NCBI GenBank assembly: GCA_021613535.1
Contig: CP075495.1
Coordinates: 12,710,001-12,774,000 of the forward strand
Source of the DNA: Adineta vaga
Lineage: Eukaryota > Animalia > Rotifera
DNA: 64,000 nucleotides
Direction: 5' to 3'
The notes beneath the pieces are model-generated. The model saw only the letters and a list, made by a program, of their open reading frames with translations. It made no database searches and was not told where the DNA came from. The position numbers and the translations under genes are program-made. Numbering within the stretch: position 1 is the first letter of the stretch; each line of letters begins with the position of its first letter. Below are positions 26,744-40,099 of the stretch, in pieces.

Positions 26744-28188
26744 CTATTTATTATTTCCATTGGTACCATATGGATGAGGATGTTGATGGGAAAGATGAGG
26801 ATTATTTTCTTTTTTAACACTTGGCACCGATGGCCATGATGATGATGTTGCATCAGTTGTTGACATTGCATGAGGATGATGATTATGTCCACTACCACCA
26901 TGACTTGTTGCATTTGCTTCTAGTTTAACATTGGGATCATTGAGTGATTTGAAATTATTTTCTTTTTTCCATTTCATACGACTGAAAATAGATAAGGAAA
27001 GAAATAGAATCTTACGACAATTGAAAATATTATTATTTTTGAACTTACCGATTTTGAAACCAAATCTAAAACAAAATATTTTCAAAAAAATGCATAAATA
27101 ATTCGAATAGAAATTTAAGAGAAACCTTACTTTAATTTGACGTTCAGTTAATGCCAAACTATGTGCAATCTCAATACGTCGTCGACGTGTTAAATATCTA
27201 CTTTTAAATGGCATATTTATATGAAGAGAAGTTTTATCAAAAAATTTACTTTGTAAAATGAAATTCTTTTTCTAATTCTAATGTTTGATGACGTGTATAT
27301 GTTTGACGTGTACGTTTATGTTCGAAATTGAATTCTATTGAGACAAACAAAGAATAAGAAAAGATTCACACTAATCATTTCTTTCATTAATAGATAAACA
27401 AGATAGTCAAGGAAGTCAATCAATTCAATGGATTACATTTATGTCAAGTTTTTATGTTTCCTCCATACGTTATCTATAAATCATTATTCTCTTTTACTTT
27501 GTCTCATTGATTAACTTTCTTGATTTCCGTTTTTTTTTCTTTTCCTTTTCGCTATACCTGGTCGCATCCATGGATGTGCATAATAAAGCATGGGATTTGT
27601 AACTGCCATTGAAAAACTTGATAATTGATGATGTGGATGTGCTGTTGGTGGCATTGTTGGTGTTGGTATCATATCGTTACCTGCTGTTGCCGTTAAAGAT
27701 GATGATGAAATAGGTTCAGCTTGTTTCCATGATGATGTACCATTTGATGATGGTAAAAGATAATCATTGGCTGATGGATGTTGTTGAAGATGTACTTGTT
27801 GTTGTTGATGGTGATGTTGCTGTTGATGATGATGATGATGAAGAGAATGAGGATGATGAGAATTGGAACTCGACATTGATGCGGCTGCTGCAGCTTGCAT
27901 CATTGTAAAATTTGAATAAGTATTCATAAGTTGATCTTTATTTGATGTTGGAGTAGGAAATGTTAAACGATCGAATGTGGAAGGAAATCCACCACGGTTA
28001 TAATCAGTATCATAAGGAAATGATGTCGAACTATTAACATCATTATTTGTTGTTTGTTGATCACCATTTGACGATGTTCCTGCATTATTATTATTATTAT
28101 TATTAGTGGTTGTAGTCGTCGTTGTTGATCCATTGCTTGGAAAAAGATCATTTGTTGATGTTGAAGAAAGATTGAAATAGTTATTCAT
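26744..28188 (-). CDS. Hox6: central-class Hox gene Hox6/lox5, 5 exons
   Basis: N-terminal MNNYF (MSSYF-like), hexapeptide HPWMR, homeodomain [60 protein letters not shown] followed by NFKSLND. Exons 28188-27558, 27334-27250, 27197-27131, 27065-27049, 26981-26744. Confidence 0.95.
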
Positions 28189-31100
28189 TGTTTTGGGCAA
28201 TTGCAATTATCGTTATTTTTATATAATATGCAGAGAGAAGGAGAGAAAATTTTTTGTTGAATTATTTTTTTTTGTTATTGTTGTATTTGTCGTTGATGAG
28301 GTCAAATAATAATATTGCCCATAAAAAAGTTCACACACAATTCAGGTCAAAAGACGGATGATGGTAGTTAATGTTAAGAAATAAAAAAACTCAAAACAGC
28401 CACTAATACTCGCCCATAATAATAAAGCAAAAAAAATGAGAAGAAGAACGTGTTTAAACGACAATTGAAATGAATATGGAGGCAATGATCGCCAGCACTT
28501 TACAATGATTTGTTAGGAGGAAATAACTTCTTTCTATCGTTGGTTGGAGAGTAGAACGAGAGAGAGAGAGCAGAGAGAGAAAAGGAGAGAATAAAGAAAA
28601 AATGATATCTCTCCATTTCTCTCTCTCTCTTTCTCTTTTTTTCAATACTGGTTTTGTTGTTTTCGCTCCAGTAGCATTATCGTTAGATGAGATGATGATA
28701 TTTTCGAGCCAGTCGGAATGCACAATCGATGAAGAGAAAAGAGCAACTCAACGGAATTTCTTTCTCTCTCTCTCTTTTGTGCTTTTTTCAGTTCAACCAA
28801 TCAGTACATTTCTTTCCTTTGATAGGTCCAAATAGACATATATACTTATTCATTTTGTAATTTGTCCTTTCTTTTTCTCTTCTTCTTCTTCTTCTTTCGC
28901 TTTCTCGTTTTTTACAACCGTATTGCATTGATCATCAATATATGCATACGATGTCCCCGAAGAACGATTGCTCATTTTGTCATCACCCTGCGGAGGTGCA
29001 CGACAATATAGATAGAGAGCACATACGACTAATTTTGTGTCCCTCTCGTGCTATCATAAGAGAGGGAGAGAAAAACGAGACCAGGCATACATATACATAT
29101 AGATCAAATAGATGTATATATGCATATGTGATACGAGAACGGCGACGATGAAAAAAGAAGAGAGAAAAAAAGATGAATGCATATAGATAGACTACAAACC
29201 TTAAAAAGCAAAGGTGTGATTGCAAAATTTTCTTTTTATTCTTCACTTTTTTTCACCATATCTAGATTGCAATCACTATCATTTCAACTTGTAGGTTTTT
29301 TTCTCTCTTGCTCTAATGATCATTCTTACTTAGTATATGTTTTGATGAATATATATATATGTATACCTATGTGAAAGTAAAATGAATCGTTTGAACGAAT
29401 ACCGACTGTATTGTTATTCTCTTTAAAGAAAAACATAGTCACGATGACTAGAAAGACAAAAACAAAGAAATGTAGAATAATGCCTTATTGATTGAATTTT
29501 AAATCGATGGGAAAAGAGGTACCATGTCAAAACGATTAACCTTATTTCAATAGATGTAATGAAATCAAAGTTTTGAATAATTATTACATTGTGCATTCAA
29601 CTGAAATCATCGAAATACATTTCATATGATTTCTTTCGTAGAAAACGAACAATCATATCGAGACGATTCATGTTTGCCGATAGTATTCATGTCAGAACTT
29701 TTCAAGTTTCATATTGTCATATAAAGTATCATAAACGAACCATCATAGACTCGAAGTAGTTGTTCTTCTCTTTGACTTCTTTTTTTGCCTGAAATAACGA
29801 GAATGAAAAAAAAACTTTGTAAATCGAATCGTCGGCCACTTGGCCTTTCCGATCTGTATTCGAGTGAAGAAGATCGACCTTTTCTTTCACATAGATATGT
29901 GAAGATCAGACAGATTTTTTTCCTGTAAAAGAATATTGATGTGACAAGCATAAATATACGAAAGACAAAATAGGGAATGTCAAATCAAGAATATTCAAGT
30001 ATCGTACAAATAAAAACAAATGAAACATATTGAGGAAATAGACTATCAAGTTATGTTATTTCTATTCTTTTTAAAATTTTTAACACTTCGTTTTTATCTT
30101 AGAGATTAATTCAATTGAATCACATCAACACTAGAAGAGACATCTCTCTTGATCGTGTGTAATGTGTTCTATCTAATGGGAATTTGATGACGTCAATGAC
30201 AATGTCAGTGGAACCGACATTCGGTATTGCTTTCCTTTTCTTTTCTTTTTTTGATCATGTTGTCATCGTTTTGTTTCTACTTGCACTAGTCATTATACTT
30301 GTTTTGATCAATGAAGTGTTAGTAGTTTCATAAGAGAAGCTACTTAATTAATGAAGAGTGAGCAAGAGAAAATTTGTCATTTGAAAATATCTTGTCAACT
30401 ATGATCAATCATATATTTATTTAGTCAAATGATTCAAACGAATTCTAGAAAGATTACAGTGAGATATCTGTCGAAGAAAGATTTATACTTGTATAATCAC
30501 GATCATCTGTATGCTTATTGGTTAGCATATGTTTCCTATTTCTGTTGTACAATATAGTTTTCTTTTTTTTCCTGTGCAATACTATTCTATCCACTTTTAC
30601 TTCTTGGACACGTTTCAACCTATTCTTTCTCAATTATGAAACAATCTGCTATCAAATAGAAATGTACTAACTTAAATGTCTATTCTAGTTCAATGGACAA
30701 ATATGTATTTATTGTTGTTAACATGCATATACCGTCCGTAGTCAGTCATTTGAACAAAAAATAAAAACTGTTGAAAATAATTCAATCATAAGATCTATTT
30801 GTTTCGCATCGGATAATTCTCGTTTTTTTTTGTTATTTATTTATTACGTTTTATCGATCGTAATATTCCGACAAACAGTACAAACAAGATCTAATGAGGT
30901 GTGTTCTTACGTCAATCGATATCTGACCATTGTTCATATCATCTCATAACTAAGAAATAAAACTATTCACTTGGGAATACGTAGAGCTATGTTTGAATCC
31001 TCTGTTGAAGAATAATCTCAATGCAAAATACTACCTGAATATTGAATCAAGTACTTAGTATTGAAATAGTTGATTGTCATCGACGACGACGACAAAAAAA

Positions 31101-32900
31101 TGATGATGGACTATACGTAGACAAAGTATATTGTGCATGTATGTGTACGTATGTATGTATACAAAAAAAAACGAGAGAAAGTAGAAGGAGAGAAATGGCC
31201 TCCATAAAAATAAATATATCATATTATTGAGCAATATCAGTACCGCATTAAAGCCTCACTAATGGATTCGCGCCTATATATTGTTCTTTGCCAATCGTAT
31301 TCATTTATGAAGAGAGAGAAAATTGATGTACCATGATGAAAAAAGAAAGAAATTGAGAATCAAAGTAGAGGTACATTTTAACTTATGCAAAGTTTTTCAA
31401 TAAAAGTTTTCTTTCTAATTATTTAACTTGAAATTTCCACCACCACCACCACCCACTGTTGTTTGTTCATTTTGTGTTATTTTTTTTATCGTTTTTCTCA
31501 CACATATGCACAATCGATTGGTCTCTATGACATGCACCCGTTATCGGTCAAATGCAGACGATTCGACACTTTTCAACTGCTGTTGCCGTTCAATGGCCCT
31601 ATTAAACTTTTCTACTCACATCCGTTTGATCAATCAGATGCTACTGTACATATTCTCTTTTTCTCTTGATTTCTTTCTTTCTCCACAGGGAAGTGCTTAT
31701 CCATTAAAACTGGCAATATGTTCTTCAGATTGTATAGATGAACTGTATACATCTGTGATTAAACAATCAACAAATCAAAGTTATCTGATCGTTTTCTTTC
31801 TTTTTGTCTATCGGAATGTACTACGTGTAGAAAATAAAGACCAATTGTTGATCAACAAAAGTTGTGAAGACAATTTCATCATGACAATTATTATATAGCT
31901 CGAAGAAAATAGTAATAAAGCTACTTTTTCTTTTCGTTTGTTGTCCTCATATAATGTTCTTTGCGCTTGAGTGATAACACTATTCGTATGTTGTTTTATA
32001 GTTTATAGAGTTTGCCTGTCCAAATGATGTTATTGACGAAGGTTCTCTTTTTGGTGAGAGCTTCTAATTACCCTTGGCCTGTTTGTGTGTGTAAAGGCCA
32101 TAAAACAAGGTGAACTCACTGGATATATATATATATATATATGTATACGTGAGTATAGAGCCAAAAGGCTAAATAATTCGACAAATGTATGTGAGGTGTG
32201 ACACATGATTCGTTCCCTCGAGAATATGTCAATCGAGCGCGTCGTTTGCTACGTATGAGAAGCGAAAGAAAGAGAGTGAGAGAGAGAGTAAGGTAGACAA
32301 GATCAAGCAACAAAAAAAATGAAAAGAGAAGAAAAGCTTCCGTTCAATGAGCCTCAACTGAACATTAGATGATGTTTTAACGGCTAAATAGTTGCCTCAC
32401 ATACAAAACGAACATATTGTGACTATGCCAGTTGTTGACCATTTTAAAAATGATGAAATATGAAAGAGAAACATCGGGTCGTATAATGGTTGGTTAAAAT
32501 ATGTGACACATCTTTTTTTCTCTCTTCGAATATTTTTTCTCTCTATACATTAGATCGATTCCTCTCATGTACCTAGAAAAAGACTTCTGACAAGAAAAAA
32601 AAACGAATGCGAAAGTTCTGTTTTTATGCTATAAATACGAAATCGATCAGTTGGAAAGACATTGGTTATATATTAATATATTTCAAATATTTATTGACCC
32701 GATAAAGAGAATATTGATGCAAATTGTATTCATTGAAAATTCATATGAAACCAAGGAGAATCGTCAGTAATAACTGTCTACTACCATATGTATTAATAAT
32801 ATTGTACTTAAGTTTAAAAAAAAACGAGGCATATGAAGAAGAAAAACTGAAAAATGAAAGTACTCCCACTATATCTAAATAAGAAGAATGGATTAATTGA
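28189..32900. promoter_or_regulatory. about 4.7 kb gene-free 5' regulatory region of the Hox gene
   Basis: Longest gene-free stretch in an otherwise compact window. It has GA repeats, CCAAT near 28797, CCATAAA near 28319/31202/32098 and AGGTGTGA near 29212/32194. Confidence 0.5.
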
Positions 32901-32946
32901 ATGCTTGTTTTTGAGAATGTAGAATGTATTTCTAACTGAATCGTTT

Positions 32947-35174
32947 TTATACCAGATCTTGATAAAATTTGACCTTATCATAATTTTCCGAAATAATCTT
33001 TGTAACTTCGTCTGCATGATCACTATCACGTACTTCTAATACAACTTGAATCTAATAATTTAACAAAAAAAATGAAAATCAAAAGAAAGAATAGAACGAA
33101 AAAGGGATATGGATTTTTTACTTGAACAGAAAACATATCGGATTTAAGCCAAGCTCGTTCATGGTAAATATCTTTAACACTAGCTCCTGCTGAACTAAAC
33201 AATTTACACATTTGTGCTAATGATCCAGGACGATCACTAAAGAAAACTATATTTATTTCAATACATTCTCTAGAAAATCCTTCTTACCTAACAGTTAACC
33301 AAATTTTCAATAAACGTTTATCTGCAACAAGACCACGTTCAAGAACACGACCGAGTACAGTTGTATCAATATTACCACCACATAATGGAATGACCACTCT
33401 ACAAAAAAAAGTACAAACGTATATCAAAACGTATTCGATTTTTAATTATTTCGTATACTTTTTTCCTTTTAATTCTGGTAATAAACCTTGTAAAACGGCT
33501 GCAAGACCTGCAGCACCAGCTCCTAAAATACCAAGAAGATCATCAGCAAATAAAATTCGATTGAATAAATTTTACCTTCAACAACAGCTTTTTCCATTTC
33601 TACCAATCGTAAAATAGCTATAGCAATATATTCTTCACTAAAGATAACATTGATATTATAGTCTTTGTCTCTCTTTTTTTTCTCTACGAAATACCAACCT
33701 TACGCAAACAACTTTATCAATCAATGGTGATGCTGTAGCGAAGGCATTTCCACCAACGAGTGGAACAGCCAAACCATCGGCTAATGTTGATTTACACTCC
33801 GTATAAATAGGATGACCAGCTGAAATAAATGTTTGAGTGATCATGAAAATGAGCGAATCTTGAAAAAAGAACTTTCATACCTTCCGTTGATTTATAAAAA
33901 CCAGGTGCACGTTCAGATTCAACTGAAATAACTTTAACACGTGGATTGACCGATTTTACTGCCACAGCTAGATAAATATTATAGTTTTATTATATACATC
34001 GAAATCATTTATGAAAGTTTGTTAATCTTACCCACACCAGCAAGAAGACCGCCACCACCTAGAACCGATTAAAAAAAGAATATAATATTAATATAAAGTA
34101 ATCAAAATACCTGTAGGTACAATAATGGCATCAACTTCTGGAACTTGATCAAGAATTTCAAGACCTAAAGTTCCTTGACCAGCTAGAATATGTGGATGAT
34201 CAAAACTACAAGTTAAAACAAATATAGTATTCAGTAGCATATAATTCACTGTCTTTCGTACCCATTAATGTAACGTAAACCCAACATTCGAGCTAATTTT
34301 AATGCAAAGCGTTTTGACTAAAGAGCAAAAAAAGGAGTAATCATAGATTGTATCGATTTCTTAACTCAATAGTTATTTACTTCAGCTAGATCAATGCCTT
34401 TGATAATAACAACAGCTCCAAATGATTTACAATTATTCACTTTCATAATTGGTGCATGTCGAGGCATGACAACCACGACAGGAATACCCAATTGTTGACC
34501 ATGATAGGATATAGCTAATGCATGATTACCTGCACTAGCTGCAATTACTCCTCGAGCTTTTTCAAACTGATAATAATAATAATAATAACAACAAGAAGAA
34601 AATCATATCATAAAATCAAAACAAAACACTTACTGCTGATAATGTCATCAAGGTATTTCGTGCACCACGTTCCTTGAAACTACCAGTATGCAATAAGAAA
34701 TCCTTTTTAAAATACAATTCCATGCCGGTTATTTTCGACATATGTGAACTCTATGAATATTTTTTTTAAAAATGAATCGTTAGTGAAAATTTTAGAAGAT
34801 TAATTACATACTGTACATGGTGTTTTTTCCACTCCAAATTTAATACGATATGCAGCTGCTGAAATTTCTTCGAACGTTAAAATACGCGGCGCTTTCGGAT
34901 CACACCATTCATCATACAAATCTTCTTCGGTTATTTCGATTGTTAATAAACTAGAAAGACAAGAAATTTGAATGCATAGAAATAAAGAGAAAAAATATAT
35001 ATATACTCGATATCTTTTATCTGATTTTCAAGAGCTTGTTGTCGTTTTTGTAAATCAACATCGGACAAGAGTCGTTCATCTAACATTGTCATTCGTCCTA
35101 CGAATTATTAAAAACAGAAGATTAGTTCGAAGAAAATGTAAGTTCACATTACGTATTTCGTTTATTGCGCTCAT
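32947..35174 (-). CDS. L-threonine dehydratase / serine-threonine ammonia-lyase (PLP fold type II plus C-terminal ACT domain), about 14 exons
   Basis: WCDPKAPRILTFEEISAAAYRI, HTGSFKERG (PLP lysine), ASAGNHA, AGQGTLGLEI, GGGGL, TLADGLAVP, PLCGGNID, DRPGSLAQM (ACT). Confidence 0.95.
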
Positions 35175-35646
35175 GATTTTTTCTTTTGAAGACAGGTCTG
35201 TTTTTCTCGTATGAAATATACTTGATCAATTTCATTATTTTATATATACTCCGAAAAACAAAAATAAGCACTCATAATCAATGAAACGGGGGTGTGTTCG
35301 TAATACTTGGGAGAAGAAACTTGAATAGTTTTCAAGTCGAATTAAATGGTTAACTAAGCACATCATTTATTTACCAGTATATTTTTCTTCGAGCATTTTC
35401 TATCCGACTTACCATATTGATCAATATTGGATTGCATTTTTCTTGTTTTGTACTATTAGTAGTCCTATTTTAGAGCGAACATGTGTGAACATTATTTTAT
35501 ATGATTATTTAAAGGATTATATGAAATATGATACACAGTGCTTAACAACAAGAACAAAATCAAAAGGAAATAGAACAAAGGTGAATTAAGTTGACTTTAC
35601 AAATGTAATGAATGAGACAATGAGTGTACATATGTTTCATCGCCAT

Positions 35647-35666
35647 CGAACGAACGAACGAACGAA
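35647..35666. repeat. (CGAA)5 microsatellite
   Basis: cgaacgaacgaacgaacgaa. Confidence 0.85.
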
Positions 35667-36959
35667 TGCTATGCTTGTAACAAAAGTTACTTACTCGTAG
35701 ATCACTGATAATTTTGTGCTTGGTCGTATGTATTAACAAGTGTGAACTATTGAAAAGTATACTACCTCAGAGCAAGCAGTTGTTTGTTATAATCAAGAAA
35801 TAATAAGATCGTGATGTTGAGAAAGTTTTTTTTTGACAATGTAGTAGCAGAATAAAGCTGTGGTCTAGGAAGATATAGAGAATTTTAACTTTTTTTGCAG
35901 TGGTCAACAACGACTCAATTTCATGATCTTACTGACGCAGTGACTTCAGTATTAGCAAACGATAAATAATATATTACTACTGAAGAATGATTATTATGTT
36001 CGATCTGTTTCAATCATATTTGAAAAAATAAAACATCCCTATCTGTTCCTATTAGTTTTATTTTGATCGGGAAAAATACAATTATTGCGAACTCTTTGTT
36101 TTACTTAGAATTTTTATATGAAAATATGTCACGTTAATACTTCAGCAATATAACAAATTAAACGAATTATATTCGTTCCATAGGAAAATGTCGAATTGAA
36201 GTGTAGTCAAGGTCGATCCTGCCGGTCAGGAACAAGTAATCTGTTGATGCCTTTGAATTCAATATTTAACACTTTAAGATAGAATGTTTTTTCCGTTAAT
36301 CAGAAGTTTTATATATATTAGCAAATCTCTTGGATATTTCTTAGTGTAATTGAAGATGTGATGAGATACAATTTCACAGAATTTTCCAAATTTTATATTC
36401 ATTACAGGAACGATCGGATTTTACCATAGTGAAGTACAAAGGACCAAAATCGATATCGATTATCGATGGTAAGATAAAATAAATATATGCTTGGTACATT
36501 CCATTCCTTTCATCCATCCATCTACTGTTCTTCGTCTTTAATAGTGAAATTCTATTCGTTGAACTATCAATCAATCAAAAACTTTCTAAATATTCTCATC
36601 GATAAAAACGAATAAAATAGTTTCCTATTTTAAAATAAATAAAAACAATTTATTTTTTAAAATTAAATAAAAGTTTCATTATTTTTCTCCGACAACATTT
36701 ACCCACTACTGAATATAATACAACATTGAGTCATCATTATATAAAATCTGTTAATGTTTACTCGATAACTTCCATGCCCTATCGTATCATTCTAATCAGA
36801 AGTCCATCATCTGTCTTATCCATTTTATCTTGCGCCTATTTAATATATATAAGACATTAACTTCGATAATTTTTGTTCTATTACATAATTCGATAAGAAT
36901 CATTTTAAAATTCACATTTCAAAGTTCATATTATCTATTTTTAGATATACTAACAAATC

Positions 36960-38011
36960 ATGAGTTTTCAATGGACTTTTCTTGCGACATTTCTTTACTG
37001 CGAACTTATAGTCGTTATTATTCTACTTCTACCATTTATACCACCATCATGGTAAATATTCATTTTTTTGAGAAAGAAAAGATTTTCTTAATTGAATCGT
37101 TTCTTCTAGGTGGCAAGCATTTTTTAAGTCAAGATTAGCAAAAGCATTTCAAGCTGGAGCGAAATATTATTTTAATTTTATCATATGTATTTTTGCACTA
37201 TTATTCATGGGTAAATACGAACGAGTTAGATACATATCAACAAGAATCAAATCATATTTTGTTTTATTTATTTAGATTCAATTCGAGAATTACGAAAATA
37301 TTCCGGTGTTGAAGTAAAAGATTTAGCAACACCACAAGCTGAAGCACATGCACATATGAAACAATTTCGTTCGCAAAGAAATTTTTATATTGCCGGTTTT
37401 GCGCTTTTTCTTTGGTTGTAAGTAGAATAGAGATAGATTTTCTTTTCAATAGATAAACATTGTTTTTAGTGTTATCAAACGTTTAATTAATCTTTTATCG
37501 GCTGTTGCACGTGAAATGGCTGATTCAGCTGCTGCACGTAAACAAGCCGAAGGTGCTCATCGTCATTTAGAAAGTCTTCCAACCAATGATTCTGGCGTAA
37601 AAATTTCTAGTGTTTATACTTTCAAATTTTAAGAACTTGAATTCTATTTTTCAGAAAGTTGATCCTCGAGAAATTCCCCTTCCATCAGCTCCTCCATCAC
37701 GTTATATTGATCCAAAAGAACATGATGCTGAAATCACAAAAATGAAACAAGGTTTTTTTCCTAAAAAAAAACAGAATAATCATTGTAATAGAATTTTCTT
37801 TCTTTTCTCAGAAATACTCCAAGCACATGAAAATATCGAGACATTACGAGATCAATATGATAAATCAATTAAACAATATGATGAACTTAATGATGAACAT
37901 CACAAATTACAAGTAAACCAAATTTAATCTATAAACTATATAATTCCTTCTTTTCATTTATAGAATAAATTGGCTGTTTTATCAGAAACTGAAACTGACA
38001 AAGATAAATAA
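36960..38011 (+). CDS. BCAP31: B-cell receptor-associated protein 31/29 (ER membrane)
   Basis: MSFQWTFLATFLYCELIVVIILLLPFIPP, LLFMDSIRE, MKQFRSQRNFYIAGFALFL, ARKQAE, then a C-terminal coiled coil ending TDKDK*. Confidence 0.92.
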
Positions 38012-38327
38012 TTAAACAAATATGCCTACACATTAACTAATTTTTCCTTCATGCTGTGTGTGTACTTATATAACTGAACATCTTAGTTTTTATTTAGCTT
38101 ATCGGTATAAAATTCGATCGCTTCACACTCTTTGTATTTGCTTCTCTTCTTTCTCTCATTTATCCGAGCAAGTTTTCTTTTGTCATCATACATTTAAATA
38201 AGCAAAATAAACGATTCGAAACATATACTAATTCAACTTTTATTCACATTTATACATATTTATTTATTGGAAAATCTTCTAGAAGAGTTTTGTAAAAAAA
38301 AGAAACTACAGAAAAGAAGTTCTAATC

Positions 38328-39798
38328 ATGTCTCAAACAACGACTGACGCAGCAGCTGCAGAAATAACAGCAAAAAATGTGAATCCAATCAAGGATTTCA
38401 TTGCCGGTGGTGTTGGTGGTGCTTGTCTTGTTATTACAGGTCATCCGTTAGACACGATTAAAGTAAGTGTAGAGAAAGTATTTTTTCGTCGATATGATTT
38501 AGTAATAAAACATAATAAATAGATCGAGTGGATCAAAATCTGACTGTCCACTTTTGAATATGAAAGATTTCATTGTAATATTAAGGTTCGATTACAAACA
38601 CAAGCAAAACCTCAACCTGGTCAAATGGCATTTTACACAGGAACTTTCGATTGTGCAAAAAAGATTGTCGCAAAAGAAGTATAGATGATTGTGAAGAAAG
38701 TACCAAAAACGAAACATTTCTCTCGTTTTAATAGGGTTTCACTGGTTTATATAAAGGCATGAGTGCACCGCTTATCGGTATGTTGATTATTGAACTATTT
38801 AAATGTTCTAAAAATTAAGATTTTCTTTTCAAATCAAAAGGTGTTACACCAATGTTTGCTGTCTGTTTTTTTGGATTTGGTATTGGAAAGAAATTACAAA
38901 CACCAGCAGGTAAACATGGTGAATATACGTATGTACTAATTATTTTCAAATGATATGACATATAGAAATGTATTCACTTTTAGTTTATCACAACTGTTTG
39001 CTGCTGGTATGTTATCTGGTGTTTTTACAACTGTGATAATGGCACCTGGTGAACGAATCAAATGTTTATTACAGGTAGGAATATAAGTTTGTTGCAATTT
39101 GCAACGAAGTTTTTATTTTAAAACATCGACATAGATTCAAGATGCAGGCCACGAGAAGAAATATAAGGGCCCGATGGATTGTGCCAAACAATTATATAAA
39201 GAAGGTGGTATTCGCAGTATTTATCGAGGAACAGCTTTAACCTTAATGAGAGGTACAGTTGATGTTATGAACAGTATAATTAGGATTTAGAATAATAATC
39301 TCTCTACACATAGATGTACCTGCATCTGGTGTTTACTTTGCTTCATATGAATATTTGAAGAATGCATTAAGATCTGAAGGACAATCGTATGTAGAAATAA
39401 CATTCATGGATACATATCAATACCTTTATTTTTTTTAATAATATTAGTGAATTAGGTGCATTGAAGACATTATTTGCCGGTGGTATGGCTGGTGTTTGTA
39501 ATTGGATTGTTGCTATTCCACCTGATGTACTTAAATCAAGATTTCAAACAGGTTTGTTTTGATGATTGAACGTGTCTAAATCAATGATTATGTCTAATGT
39601 ATATATTTAATAGCGCCTGCTGGCAAATATTCTGGTGTTGGCGATGTTTTACGTGAGTTAATACGTACAGAAGGAATTCGATCACTTTACAAAGGTATTG
39701 TACCTGTGATGTTACGAGCATTTCCAGCCAATGCTGCATGCTTTCTCGGTTATGAAGTGACAATAAGATTTCTCAATACTCTATGGCCAAATTGGTGA
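38328..39798 (+). CDS. SLC25A20: mitochondrial carnitine/acylcarnitine carrier
   Basis: [93 protein letters not shown]. Confidence 0.95.
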
Positions 39799-40099
39799 AA
39801 ATAAGCAATTTTTTGATTTTCGTTTATTTTTATATCGCTAACAATTGGTTAAGATGAGTTGGTCTTTTTTTTTTAATGTACTAACTTTTTGTAGAATCAT
39901 TTTCATATTCTTCCAACCGATACTATAGATAAATCCGATATCGATTAATTAGCCTAATCTATTTCAAATAAAATTTCTTTTTTGAAGAAAGAAAGAACGG
40001 CAATAAACAATGTTTCTTTATTTCATTCTCATTATTATTAACAAAAAAACGTTTATCAAAAAAAAAAGAGACATTCATATATTGTTTTTTTTCATTCTT

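Noticed and set aside
31428-31898. 156-aa ORF upstream of the Hox gene
   Set aside because: Non-ATG start in the track, composition typical of non-coding AT-rich DNA, no recognisable domain.
25200-32900. Hox-associated miRNA (mir-10 family) or an SL RNA gene
   Set aside because: No match to the mature mir-10 or the bdelloid SL sequence as I recall them was seen by eye; an Infernal/BLAST search is needed to exclude them properly.
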